A stretch of 64,000 nucleotides of DNA, taken from IMG/VR virus record IMGVR_UViG_3300030102_006960, positions 64,001 to 128,000 of that record, one strand, 5' to 3'. The notes beneath the pieces were generated by a model. It saw only the letters and a program-made list of their open reading frames with translations. It was not told where the DNA came from and did no database searches. Made by a program: the position numbers and the translations under genes. The stretch is from a virus. Below are positions 20,214 through 29,729 of the stretch, piece by piece. Numbering within the stretch: the stretch's first letter is position 1; the number at the start of each line of letters is the position of its first letter.

Positions 20214-22268
20214 ATGGATAAAAAATCATTAGACATAATAGTAGAAGAATTCTTTGATACAGGTAAAGTATCTTTAAATGAAATACATGCAGCTCCTTGG
20301 TATAAAGCAGTTGAAAGGAGCATCTCTAAAACTTCGTTGGATCTCTTTACTAGGAACACAAAAGGAATAGATTTAGTTAATGGTTATATAGATATGGTGG
20401 GTAACTTTATAACACTGCCGAAACAAGGTAGGAAAAATATCGACCAACAATATTGGTGGACCCCTTCTAAATATATTGAAAAAATATATGAGTTTTTTCT
20501 TTATAATCCTAAGTATAGAAAGGAAATTGCGGAAAAACTTAAAAATATTAAAGATAAGTTCCCAAACCTCACCCAACAAACTCCTTTAAAACATATTAAT
20601 GATATTATATTATTAGATAAAATAGATGATAAAACTAATGAAAGTAAAAAAATTTATAAGGGGATAGGAAATGTTGATAAAAGTACGGCTAAATACGAAA
20701 CAGTAAATGAATTAAACAAAGAAATTTTAAATCTGTATGATCAGTTAGATGATGATTTTAAACCTAGAGATTACAAAGACATCAAAACTAAAATAGAAGG
20801 TTGGATTCAAAATAATGATCAATATATATGGAGTATTAATAGAGAAACTAGTTTTTCTAATTTTTCTGAAGCATTTAAAATTAAAATACAGGAATTAAAT
20901 CCTGACACACCCATCGGAGAGTTCAATAAAATTTTTAAGAATTTTAATCCACAGAATGAAGTAGAGGTTGAAAGTTTAGTAAAAAAGGATTGGGAAAAGT
21001 TTAAAGATTTATTAATAAAACAAATACGAGAGGATGGTTCGTATAGATATGGTAAGTGGGTTGCTGGTGAAGTAGAAGATGATGTATTTAAAAATTTAAC
21101 TAGAATAGAAAAATTCAGTAAACCCAAAGGTGAAAAACAAATAGAAACTATATTCCCATTAAGTGATGTTGTGGAAAGTGTAATGAAAGTAATTGTGTCA
21201 GAGGAAGGAAGAATTATAATTGCTAGAAGTATATTGATTCAAAGGGACAATATCAAGCTTACCGCACAAGGAGGTATTATGAAAAAATTAGTGGACGCAG
21301 AATTAATTAATCTTGGGCAACTTAGGCTGATGAAACAGAAAACTACATTAAATATTGTAAAAAATAAATTTAACGAAATAAGAGATAAATACGAAAAGTC
21401 AAATCTTAACACACCATTTAAATTTTTAGAATGGTTAGGTTTTAAAGAATTAGATATTTTACCTATACAATTTGTTTCTACAAAAAAACCTTCCGAAGCA
21501 ACTGAGTATGAAGAAAGTTTTGGTAATATATGTGACGACATTAAATATTTTCAAGTAACTAAAGGAGAGGGTAATACTTCTAGAATTTCCAAAACAAAGA
21601 GTTACAACAAATCATTACTGGGGTTAGTTGGTGATTCTAATATGAGTGTCAATTATATTACAGGAGTCACATATAATGAAATTATAACTAATGAGACACT
21701 AAAATATGATATTAAAACACTAGAACCAGTCACACTAAACAGTTTGAATACCGATCAAAATTTTACTTTAAACGTTGATGACCCAATAGAAGTTAAAAAA
21801 TCATCTTATGAAAAAGGGTTTCATTTAATTGAGTTTTATGGTGCATTTAAAAACATAAAAAAACCTGTTGTAGACGAATACGAACATATGGATAAATTTA
21901 CTGAAGTTTTAGAAGGATTAAGAAAAAAATTACAAAGTGAATTAGAATCTGAAAGTGGTAAGGGTTGGGAGATAATTAAAAGTATTAATGATGTCACAAA
22001 AGGTGTATTTTTTGAAGATTATATCTTTCTACCTAAAGATAGTTACACATTAAGATGGTCATTAGAAGGGGCTAGGAATAGAGAACCTAGACTTACAATA
22101 AGGGTAGATTATATTCCAAATGCACCAGTTTATTATTGGAAAGAAGGTAACCCCAATTGCGGAGAAAAGTTCAAATACCCTAACTGTGAAACAGATTCAG
22201 GATGTGTTTCCGATAACTTAGAAGAATCAATAACCAACTTTTTCGACACAGGTAATTTTGAATTTTAA
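20214..22268 (+). CDS. Large hypothetical protein with FFDTG motif at both termini
   Basis: IVEEFFDTGKV at N-terminus and ITNFFDTGNF at C-terminus; ATATTTAT at 20200. Confidence 0.75.
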   Translation: MDKKSLDIIVEEFFDTGKVSLNEIHAAPWYKAVERSISKTSLDLFTRNTKGIDLVNGYIDMVGNFITLPKQGRKNIDQQYWWTPSKYIEKIYEFFLYNPKYRKEIAEKLKNIKDKFPNLTQQTPLKHINDIILLDKIDDKTNESKKIYKGIGNVDKSTAKYETVNELNKEILNLYDQLDDDFKPRDYKDIKTKIEGWIQNNDQYIWSINRETSFSNFSEAFKIKIQELNPDTPIGEFNKIFKNFNPQNEVEVESLVKKDWEKFKDLLIKQIREDGSYRYGKWVAGEVEDDVFKNLTRIEKFSKPKGEKQIETIFPLSDVVESVMKVIVSEEGRIIIARSILIQRDNIKLTAQGGIMKKLVDAELINLGQLRLMKQKTTLNIVKNKFNEIRDKYEKSNLNTPFKFLEWLGFKELDILPIQFVSTKKPSEATEYEESFGNICDDIKYFQVTKGEGNTSRISKTKSYNKSLLGLVGDSNMSVNYITGVTYNEIITNETLKYDIKTLEPVTLNSLNTDQNFTLNVDDPIEVKKSSYEKGFHLIEFYGAFKNIKKPVVDEYEHMDKFTEVLEGLRKKLQSELESESGKGWEIIKSINDVTKGVFFEDYIFLPKDSYTLRWSLEGARNREPRLTIRVDYIPNAPVYYWKEGNPNCGEKFKYPNCETDSGCVSDNLEESITNFFDTGNFEF

Positions 22269-22310
22269 TTATAAATTACTATATTTACAAAAAATTAAAT
22301 ATTTATAAGT

Positions 22311-22949
22311 ATGGGATGTGATATACATATGTATGTGGAAAAGAAAAATCCAGTTACACATAATTGGGATAAGATGGGAGATGTATTTTTCCAATCTTAT
22401 GGTGCAAGTCTTATAGTAAGACATTTAGTGACTAATATGGGTATAACTGAGGATGAAGGATGGACTATTTTACAAAAATGGAGAGATGGTGAAGAACCCT
22501 CTAATAAATTAGAAGAGTACATTATTGGTAATTATATCCCAAAAAATATGGCAGATGAACATCTACATTGGTATGAGGCAGATCAAAAAGGATTATTTCC
22601 ATATCCTTATAGTGATCAACCCTATGGTGGTAGGTGTTATAGACTATTTGGTGCATTGGCAGGTGTAAGAGATACATCAATAGATATGATAGTGCCTGGT
22701 AGGTGGGATGCGTTACCTGATGATGTGAGTGATGAAGTAAAAGGTATATCAGATGAGTGGGGAATGGATGCTCATTCACATAGTCACTTAACATTAAGAG
22801 AATTAATGAATAGTAAGTATTATAAAATGAGTACCAAAGAGTTATATGATATGGGTATAGATGCGTATTTCTTTAAAACTCTAGTACCTGATTTACAGAA
22901 ATTTGGTAATCCAGATGATATAAGAATAGTATTTTGGTTTGATAATTAA
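22311..22949 (+). CDS. Conserved phage protein (MGCDIH...RIVFWFDN type)
   Basis: MGCDIH start, R.Y.LF..LAGVR, HSHS, terminal VFWFDN, a pattern recurrent in phage hypothetical proteins. Confidence 0.7.
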   Translation: MGCDIHMYVEKKNPVTHNWDKMGDVFFQSYGASLIVRHLVTNMGITEDEGWTILQKWRDGEEPSNKLEEYIIGNYIPKNMADEHLHWYEADQKGLFPYPYSDQPYGGRCYRLFGALAGVRDTSIDMIVPGRWDALPDDVSDEVKGISDEWGMDAHSHSHLTLRELMNSKYYKMSTKELYDMGIDAYFFKTLVPDLQKFGNPDDIRIVFWFDN

Positions 22950-22951
22950 TT

Positions 22952-23650
22952 ATGGAGGAAAAAAATAGAATATTAATAATTGGTGTAGATAAAGAAATCC
23001 ATTCATCAATTACTGAACAATTCGACACCCAAAATTTTGAGTGTGTTGCCGTAATACATGGAAAAGAGGGACTTACAAAAATAAGAGAATCTAGATTTGA
23101 TGTTGTAATTTTAGATGAAAAATTAGTGGATATCGAAGGGTTAGACTTAGTTCAAACCATAAGATTAGAGGATAGTAAAACACCTATTATATATATTAGT
23201 TTTCACGATCATGAAAACAAAATGTTACAATTATTACGGAATGGTGTAAATGATTACTTAGTAAAACCTTTGTCTTATGAAGAAATAAAATATAAAACCA
23301 TAAATTATATTAAATTATTTGGTAAAAACGTTAGTAATATGACTACTGATAAAATAGAAATTGGTGATCATAGTATTGACTTTAAATCATTTATTGTCAG
23401 TAATGAGGTGGGTGATGAATTTAGATTAACTCAAAGACAAGTTAAATTATTAAAACTTTTAATTAGTAAAAATAATGAAGTTGTGTCGAGAGAAGAAATT
23501 TTAGAAAAGATATGGGGGTATGATGTTTACATAAAAACTAGAACAATAGATAATGTTATACTGTCTTTAAGAAAAATATTTGAGAAGGACAAAACCCCTA
23601 ATACTTTCTTTAAATCTGTAAGAGGGGTAGGTTATAAATTAACTTTTTAA
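22952..23650 (+). CDS. OmpR/PhoB-family response regulator (orphan, atypical receiver)
   Basis: VILD (phospho-Asp), DYLVKP, winged helix SREEILEKIWG...RTIDNVILSLRK...VRGVGY; first acidic pair replaced (IGVD). Confidence 0.9.
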   Translation: MEEKNRILIIGVDKEIHSSITEQFDTQNFECVAVIHGKEGLTKIRESRFDVVILDEKLVDIEGLDLVQTIRLEDSKTPIIYISFHDHENKMLQLLRNGVNDYLVKPLSYEEIKYKTINYIKLFGKNVSNMTTDKIEIGDHSIDFKSFIVSNEVGDEFRLTQRQVKLLKLLISKNNEVVSREEILEKIWGYDVYIKTRTIDNVILSLRKIFEKDKTPNTFFKSVRGVGYKLTF

Positions 23651-23667
23651 AAAAAATTAAAAAAAAA

Positions 23668-23699
23668 TTTGACTTTTAAATATATTTGCCCTATATTTG
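23668..23699 (+). promoter_or_regulatory. Bacteroidota-type promoter
   Basis: TTTG 23668-23671, 20-nt spacer, TATATTTG 23692-23699. Confidence 0.75.
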
Positions 23700-23739
23700 T
23701 ATCACACTTTTAAAGAACAATATAAAAACAACCAAAATT

Positions 23740-25191
23740 ATGGCTAATTCAATGACTAAATACAGAGAAATGGAGGAAGAAAAAACGCAATTAACCGAAA
23801 ACGGTATGTCTACAAATAATACTACACTAAATAACTGTGTAGATTTATTTTTCTCTATTGGGGCTATGAGAGGGAAAAATAAAGTTACCTTAATTGAAAA
23901 ATTTTCCAAAGCATATAGTGAAAACCCATTAGTTGCAACTCGTATCCTTTTTTGGGTAAGAGATGTTAGAGAAGGTGCCGGTGAGAGACAAATCTTTAGA
24001 GATGTTATTTCTCACTTAGTAAAACTTTCACCAGATGTCGTTAAAAAGAATGTTCATCTTATTTCTGAATACGGAAGATGGGATGATGTATTTACATTAA
24101 TTGGTACTGACTTAGAAGGTATGGTTATAGACTTAATCGTAACTGCCTTAGGTAACGAAGACGGTTTATGTGCTAAGTGGATGCCTCGTAAAGGTGAAGT
24201 ATTTAATAAAGTTAGAAGAGCTTTAAAAGTTTCCCCGAAAGAATTAAGAAAAAGATTAGTAGGTTTGACAGATGTAGTGGAAACTAAGATGTGTTCAAAT
24301 CGATGGAAAGAAATTGACTACTCTAAAATACCTTCATTGGCATCGGCAAGATATCAAAAAGCGTTTTGGAGAAGAGATGAAAAGGGTTATAATCAATTTG
24401 TAGAAGACCTTAAAGAAGGTAAAACTACAGTTAATAGTGGAGCACTATACCCTTACGATATTTTAAAGACTTTGTATACTGGTGTTGATGAAACAGTTTC
24501 TCAAAATCAATGGGATAATTTACCTAACTTTATGGAAGGTAATGAGGATAGAGTTTTACCAATGGTTGATGTTTCAGGTTCAATGAGTTGTTCCGCAGGT
24601 AGTAATGATTCACTTACTTGTATGGATGTAGCAATCTCATTAGGTATCTATATTTCAGAAAGGAATGAAGGAGCATTTAAAGATAGTTTTTTAACTTTTT
24701 CTTCAACACCGAGTTTACAGTACTTAACTGGTGATTCACTAAAAGGTAAATTACAACAGTTAAGAAGTGCACATTGGGGAATGAGTACAAATTTAACGGC
24801 AACATTTGATTTATTGTTAAATCAGGCAGTAACTCATAATATTCCTTTAGGGGAAATGCCGACAAAAATATTAATATTATCAGATATGGAATTCGATGCA
24901 GCGACAGGAAATTGTTGGGAAGAATCTGATAGTTGGAATCCTACTGCAATGGAGATGATTAAAACAAAATATGAAGAAGCTGGTTATGAAATGCCAACAA
25001 TAGTATTTTGGAATCTTCATTCCAGAGGTAATGATAATTTTCCTGTTAGACAGGATGAGATGAACACCGCTTTAATCTCAGGATTTAGTCCATCAATACT
25101 AAAGTCAGTATTGAATGGGGAGAATTTAACTCCTTACTCAGTAATGATGAAAACTGTTGATAGTACTAGATATGAGAATATAACGGTATAG
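23740..25191 (+). CDS. DUF2828-like TROVE/Ro60-related protein with C-terminal VWA domain
   Basis: TENG, RDVREGAGER, YGRWDD, AKWMPR, MIDAS DVSGS, STNL, SDMEFD, IVFWNL, SGFSP. Start moved to ATG 23740, downstream of the promoter. Confidence 0.85.
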   Translation: MANSMTKYREMEEEKTQLTENGMSTNNTTLNNCVDLFFSIGAMRGKNKVTLIEKFSKAYSENPLVATRILFWVRDVREGAGERQIFRDVISHLVKLSPDVVKKNVHLISEYGRWDDVFTLIGTDLEGMVIDLIVTALGNEDGLCAKWMPRKGEVFNKVRRALKVSPKELRKRLVGLTDVVETKMCSNRWKEIDYSKIPSLASARYQKAFWRRDEKGYNQFVEDLKEGKTTVNSGALYPYDILKTLYTGVDETVSQNQWDNLPNFMEGNEDRVLPMVDVSGSMSCSAGSNDSLTCMDVAISLGIYISERNEGAFKDSFLTFSSTPSLQYLTGDSLKGKLQQLRSAHWGMSTNLTATFDLLLNQAVTHNIPLGEMPTKILILSDMEFDAATGNCWEESDSWNPTAMEMIKTKYEEAGYEMPTIVFWNLHSRGNDNFPVRQDEMNTALISGFSPSILKSVLNGENLTPYSVMMKTVDSTRYENITV

Positions 25192-25202
25192 TTCTTTGAC
25201 AT
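25191..25202 (+). promoter_or_regulatory. boxA-like antitermination element
   Basis: GTTCTTTGACAT directly at the stop codon; resembles the boxA of bacterial rRNA leaders/spacers (E. coli GCTCTTTAACA). Confidence 0.55.
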
Positions 25203-25203
25203 A

Positions 25204-25337
25204 AAAATGGTATAGAGGAATGGTTTCGGCAAATTTAAAAAACTAAAACCAAGATCGAGAAAGTGGGAGTTTGACCCACCACCTTTCAGTGATGAGGGGG
25301 AGAAAAAAACAAACACATACAATTCCGCTACCGTTTT
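25204..25337 (+). ncRNA. Candidate structured ncRNA 1 (Y-RNA-like)
   Basis: Ends pair (AAAATGGTA 25204-12 / TACCGTTTT 25329-37; GGAAT / ATTCC); motif GAATGGTTTCGGCAAA; internal hairpin GAAAGTGGG...CCCAC-CAC-CTTTC. Confidence 0.6.
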
Positions 25338-25343
25338 TTATAT

Positions 25344-25607
25344 TGGTGTAAAACGAATGGTTTCTGCAAACTCTAACTTAAAAATAGAAAGTAGAACAGA
25401 GGTTTTATTATCCCTTTTACCCAAAATTTATAAAGGGATCAACCATAGGTAAGTTTAAACGTGAGATAGTCTCACACTTTAGGTTGTAAAACATACCTCT
25501 TGATTTTGTCTCAAGTAAAACAAAGACACTCAGTGGGGCTGAGTTACCAAATCTACCGTAGGGACAGACCCTCCGTTAATGAAATCTGAATCATCATTCC
25601 GACACCA
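25344..25607 (+). ncRNA. Candidate structured ncRNA 2 (Y-RNA-like)
   Basis: Ends pair (TGGTGT / ACACCA; CGAATGG / TCATTC-C-G with bulged C); motif GAATGGTTTCTGCAAA; internal stems AGAGGT/ACCTCT, ATCCCTTT/AAAGGGAT, GTGAGA/TCTCAC, ACTCAG/CTGAGT. Confidence 0.65.
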
Positions 25608-25615
25608 CATTATTG

Positions 25616-25651
25616 AAAGAGGATATTTTAATTAGTATCCTCTTTTTTTTT
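25616..25651 (+). terminator. Intrinsic terminator closing the DUF2828-ncRNA unit
   Basis: AAAGAGGATAT...GTATCCTCTTT plus long T run. Confidence 0.85.
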
Positions 25652-25686
25652 GTTAAAACTTTAGTATATTTAATAATAAAAATATT

Positions 25687-25983
25687 ATGGGAAAATTTGA
25701 TGAGTTGATAAAATCCGAAAAACCTACACTAGTAGATTTTTATGCTACTTGGTGTGGACCCTGTAAAATGATGTCACCATTATTAGAACAAGTTGCATCA
25801 GAAATGGGTGACGATACTAAAATTATAAAAGTGGATATAGATAAGAATCATGATGCAGCAACAAAATATGGTATTAGGAGTGTACCTACACTATTACTAT
25901 TTAAAGAAGGTAAAATAGTTTGGAGACAAAGTGGTTTACCACCTAAAAATTTAATAACAGAATCTATAAAAAAGTTTATCTAA
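25687..25983 (+). CDS. trxA: Thioredoxin
   Basis: VDFYATWCGPCK, SVPTL. Confidence 0.95.
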   Translation: MGKFDELIKSEKPTLVDFYATWCGPCKMMSPLLEQVASEMGDDTKIIKVDIDKNHDAATKYGIRSVPTLLLFKEGKIVWRQSGLPPKNLITESIKKFI

Positions 25984-26050
25984 ACATTTACAGTATCAAA
26001 AAAAATAACTAATATTATACTATAATAATAAAAAAGTATAAATATATGTA

Positions 26051-26515
26051 ATGAAAATAGTAACTAAAAATTATTCACTTAAAAACGGAAAGAGATCGTA
26101 TTTAGTGTATTTGAAAGATCAAAATGATAACTCCTTAGAATGTTATGACATTTATGGTGATGAAGAAAGGTTGAGAAAGGAAGAAGAGTTAAGTGAAAAA
26201 TATGAAATTGATACAATCAATATTAGTTACGTTTCATTAGAAAAGTTTAAAGAAGACGAAGATCCGATAGAAAAACCATTATTTTTAGTATTTTATTTAA
26301 GTAAAGATTTATTCACTAATAAAGAATTAGTTGCCGCATATGGGGAAAATGTTAAAAAATATTTAGATGAAAAAGGAGACAATGTAAGATTATTTTTTAT
26401 GCCGACAGATGGTGAAGAAAAAATAGTGTGTATTAATCCTTTATATATTAACACTAAAGATGAGTATAATAAAATAGATTCTTTAATTAAAGAATTAGAA
26501 AACCAATTGGTTTAG
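26051..26515 (+). CDS. Hypothetical protein
   Basis: Clean ORF. Confidence 0.65.
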   Translation: MKIVTKNYSLKNGKRSYLVYLKDQNDNSLECYDIYGDEERLRKEEELSEKYEIDTINISYVSLEKFKEDEDPIEKPLFLVFYLSKDLFTNKELVAAYGENVKKYLDEKGDNVRLFFMPTDGEEKIVCINPLYINTKDEYNKIDSLIKELENQLV

Positions 26516-27159
26516 GGTCTGGTTTTAGTCCTATATAACTTAAACTCATCCCATCCAGTCTTATCTTTAATAAGTTTATATGTTTCTTTTTTATTTTTAC
26601 TTATTTTTCCGGTAAACATTATATTATTTAAATTATTATTTTCATAAAAATCTTGTAATAAATAATATAATTTTTCACAATCTTTTTGACATTTACAAAG
26701 TATTATATCAAAGTCGTTGTTTTGATGTATGAGTAATTTGTTATTTATGTAGTTTACTTGTTTAATAGTTAAACCTTTTTCTTTCTTCATTAAAATAGAT
26801 TTAATTATTTCTATAGTTGTTAATCTTTTGTTTGAGTTAAAGACAGTAAATCTTTCCTCAAAATAGTAATCACATTTTTCAATCATAGTCCATCTATTAT
26901 TTTTATCTATAATCTCAATATTCCTACCCATACTGTCTCTTGTAGTATATATTTTATCGTTTTTTTCCCATTCTTTCACTAATATAAGTTCATAATGTAC
27001 TGGTTTCACTTTTTTATAAGCAATATGATCTCTACTAAATAATACTTTATTAGTATCTTTATATTTAAAATATTTTTTACGTGCAAATGATAAATCACTA
27101 CCTTTAAATAATATTTTTTTCTTTTTATTATTACTAGTTATAATAATTTTATACTGCAT
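26512..27159 (-). CDS. Hypothetical basic protein
   Basis: Only long ORF in the interval; strand composition switches accordingly. Confidence 0.7.
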   Translation of the reverse strand: MQYKIIITSNNKKKKILFKGSDLSFARKKYFKYKDTNKVLFSRDHIAYKKVKPVHYELILVKEWEKNDKIYTTRDSMGRNIEIIDKNNRWTMIEKCDYYFEERFTVFNSNKRLTTIEIIKSILMKKEKGLTIKQVNYINNKLLIHQNNDFDIILCKCQKDCEKLYYLLQDFYENNNLNNIMFTGKISKNKKETYKLIKDKTGWDEFKLYRTKTRP

Positions 27160-27211
27160 TTCTTTATTTTTATTAAAATAAGTGTTATTATTTATAAATA
27201 AATAATATATA

Positions 27212-28234
27212 ATGACAAAAGATTATTATAAAGTTTTAGGGGTTGATAAAAATGTTGATGACTCAACACTCAAAAAAGCTTATAGGAAACTATCTAAAAA
27301 GTATCATCCAGACGTAAATAATGAGCCTGCGGCGGAAGAAAAATTTAAAGAAGTAGCAGAAGCGTATGATGTTTTATCAGATTCTCAAAAAAGACAAAAC
27401 TATGATACATATGGTACACCTGATGGTAGAGGGGGTAACCCATTTGGTGGTGGGTTTGATATGGGCGATATCTTTAGTTCTTTTTTCGGTGAAGAGGGAA
27501 ATCCATTTGGTGGTAGATCTCAAAGACCAAAAAGATTTAAAGGTACAGATATTAGAGTTAATATGAAATTATCTTTAGAAGATATCCATAGTGGTATATA
27601 TAAGAAGATAAAATATAAAAGGAATGATTCATGTAATGATTGTAATTCTCAAGGAGGAGAAACATCGACATGTAACGCATGTAGAGGTACAGGACAAGTG
27701 GTTAGAATTACTAGTACCCCATTTGGAAAAATTCAAAATACGACTATTTGTCCAAAATGTAATGGTGAGGGTAGTGTTATAGTAAAACCTTGTAAAAAAT
27801 GTAATGGGTTAGGTGTCAAATTAAAAGAGGAAACCATAGATTTTGAAATCCCTAAAGGTGTTATGGATGGTGAATATATTACCATACGTGGCAAAGGCAA
27901 CTCAATTAAGAGGGGGGTTAGTGGTGATTTAATTATTAATATGGTAGAAATACCTCATAATGTTTTTAAAAGAAATAATCAAGATATACACCAAAGAATT
28001 AAGTTATCATATAAAGACTTAGTTTTGGGTTGTTCTCCAGAATTAGAAACTTTAGACGGTAAAATAAGAATTACCATTAAAGAAGGAACAGATGTTGGGC
28101 ATATACTTAGAGTACCTAAAAAGGGTTTGGAGAGAGCTGGTAACATAGGAGATATGATGGTAGAAGTTTGGGTAGACATCCCTAAAGAAATAAGTAAAGA
28201 AGATAAAATAATAATTGAGTCTTTAAATATTTGA
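27212..28234 (+). CDS. dnaJ: Chaperone DnaJ
   Basis: J domain with HPD, G/F region, four CxxCxGxG-type repeats, C-terminal domain. Confidence 0.95.
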   Translation: MTKDYYKVLGVDKNVDDSTLKKAYRKLSKKYHPDVNNEPAAEEKFKEVAEAYDVLSDSQKRQNYDTYGTPDGRGGNPFGGGFDMGDIFSSFFGEEGNPFGGRSQRPKRFKGTDIRVNMKLSLEDIHSGIYKKIKYKRNDSCNDCNSQGGETSTCNACRGTGQVVRITSTPFGKIQNTTICPKCNGEGSVIVKPCKKCNGLGVKLKEETIDFEIPKGVMDGEYITIRGKGNSIKRGVSGDLIINMVEIPHNVFKRNNQDIHQRIKLSYKDLVLGCSPELETLDGKIRITIKEGTDVGHILRVPKKGLERAGNIGDMMVEVWVDIPKEISKEDKIIIESLNI

Positions 28235-28279
28235 TTTTGTAGAATAAAAAGATTAAATTAGTAAAAAAATATATTAATT

Positions 28280-28735
28280 ATGGCAAAATTTCAAGAAGTA
28301 TACGAAGAAACGAAAGAGGTGTTTAATACACATATAAATAATAGTGGGATACCTGGATTCGTTAATATTAAGATTCTATCAAATGAATCTTTAAAAGATT
28401 GTTTTGGTCAAGTGACAAAAGCACAAGATATAGTTAAGTTTATGACTGACTACGATGTGATAATTCAAATCAATGAACCTATATTCGATCAGTTAGAAAA
28501 TAAACAAAAAGAATATGTAGTAAAAGATTTATTGGCTCAGATAGTATATAGTTTAGAATCTGATAAATTATCTATAACTAAACCTGACATTACTACATTT
28601 AGCGGTGTTTTAAGACAATATAGTATTGATGAGTACATTGGTATTTGTGAAACTATAAAAACATTACAAGAACAAAAGAAAATACAGGAAGATTTGGCTA
28701 AACAAGCCGCTAAAAAAAATAGTGTAACTGTATAA
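28280..28735 (+). CDS. Putative phage metallopeptidase-fold protein lacking HExxH
   Basis: D..I.INE..F..L...Q...V..L..I...PD...F..V..Y layout, with KDLLAQ where HEL.H is expected. Confidence 0.45.
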   Translation: MAKFQEVYEETKEVFNTHINNSGIPGFVNIKILSNESLKDCFGQVTKAQDIVKFMTDYDVIIQINEPIFDQLENKQKEYVVKDLLAQIVYSLESDKLSITKPDITTFSGVLRQYSIDEYIGICETIKTLQEQKKIQEDLAKQAAKKNSVTV

Positions 28736-28776
28736 TTAAAAATGTTTAAGATATTTATAGATAAAATATAAACATT

Positions 28777-29076
28777 ATGAAAGAAAAAAATACACCTAAA
28801 AACTATTTACAATGGGTTTTTACTGATCATTATTTTAATAATAAACAAGGGGTACTTAAATTTATAGGGACTCTATTTGGTTTCTTTATGGCATTTTATG
28901 TTCCTAGACCTGTAATGGAAGAGTATTGGGGTGGTTGGATACCTATATGGCCAGTTATTGGAACTTTTATTGCAGTATATGGTTTTTTAATTGGAATTAT
29001 TTTACAACCATATGGAATTTACAAAAGACTTAAAAGAATGAACTGGTGGGATAGAATAAATAATGATTTTAAATAA
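28777..29076 (+). CDS. Two-TM membrane protein
   Basis: Hydrophobic segments; ATATTTAT at 28751. Confidence 0.65.
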   Translation: MKEKNTPKNYLQWVFTDHYFNNKQGVLKFIGTLFGFFMAFYVPRPVMEEYWGGWIPIWPVIGTFIAVYGFLIGIILQPYGIYKRLKRMNWWDRINNDFK

Positions 29077-29081
29077 AAAAT

Positions 29082-29729
29082 ATGTTAATAAAATTAGAAT
29101 ACATTTGGGTAGATTCAGAAAATACTTTAAGAGGTAAAACTAAAATATGGGATTTTGACCCACATAAATACCCTAAATATAATACATTAAGAAAAAACGG
29201 TCCTTGTCCTGAAGAATTACCTATATGGGGAGATAAAAGTGTGAAATCTCTTTTAATTCCTAATAGAGTAGTAGTAGACCCCAAAAGAAAACAATCATTC
29301 TTAGTTATGTGTGATACATCAATGACTGATGAAAGATTAGATAATAATGAAAAAGAAAAGTTTTTGTTTGGGTTTAAACAAAAATATACTCTACGAAAAA
29401 ATAATAGTCCCTATTTTGATATAGAAGAAGGAATATATTGTGGGTTAGGTTACGGAAGAGTTTTAGGTAGAGAAATAATGGAAGAGCATTTAGATTCGTG
29501 TTTATCTGCAGGTTTAAAAATTACTGATATAAACGCTGAAGAATTATTAGGACAGTGGGAATACAATTTAATGAGTGAAGGTAATTTTGTTAACGAAAAT
29601 GATTTATGGTTATCTAAATATTTTTTAAGTAGGATATGTGAAAAACATGATATGTTTGTTGAGTTTGATAAACCAGAAAGAAAAGAAATAATTGAAGATA
29701 CTAAAAAAGTAGAATATGAAAACCAATAA
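29082..29729 (+). CDS. Truncated, degenerate type II glutamine synthetase-like protein
   Basis: KLEYIWVD, LRGKTK, LVMCD, YCGLG, GREIMEEHL, INAE..GQWEY, DLWLSKY; C-terminal catalytic half absent. Confidence 0.8.
   Translation: MLIKLEYIWVDSENTLRGKTKIWDFDPHKYPKYNTLRKNGPCPEELPIWGDKSVKSLLIPNRVVVDPKRKQSFLVMCDTSMTDERLDNNEKEKFLFGFKQKYTLRKNNSPYFDIEEGIYCGLGYGRVLGREIMEEHLDSCLSAGLKITDINAEELLGQWEYNLMSEGNFVNENDLWLSKYFLSRICEKHDMFVEFDKPERKEIIEDTKKVEYENQ

Noticed and set aside
25259-25287. tRNA gene suggested by GTGGGAGTTTGACCCAC
   Set aside because: Loop is not TTCRANY and no cloverleaf or acceptor stem can be built; kept only as a hairpin inside ncRNA 1.
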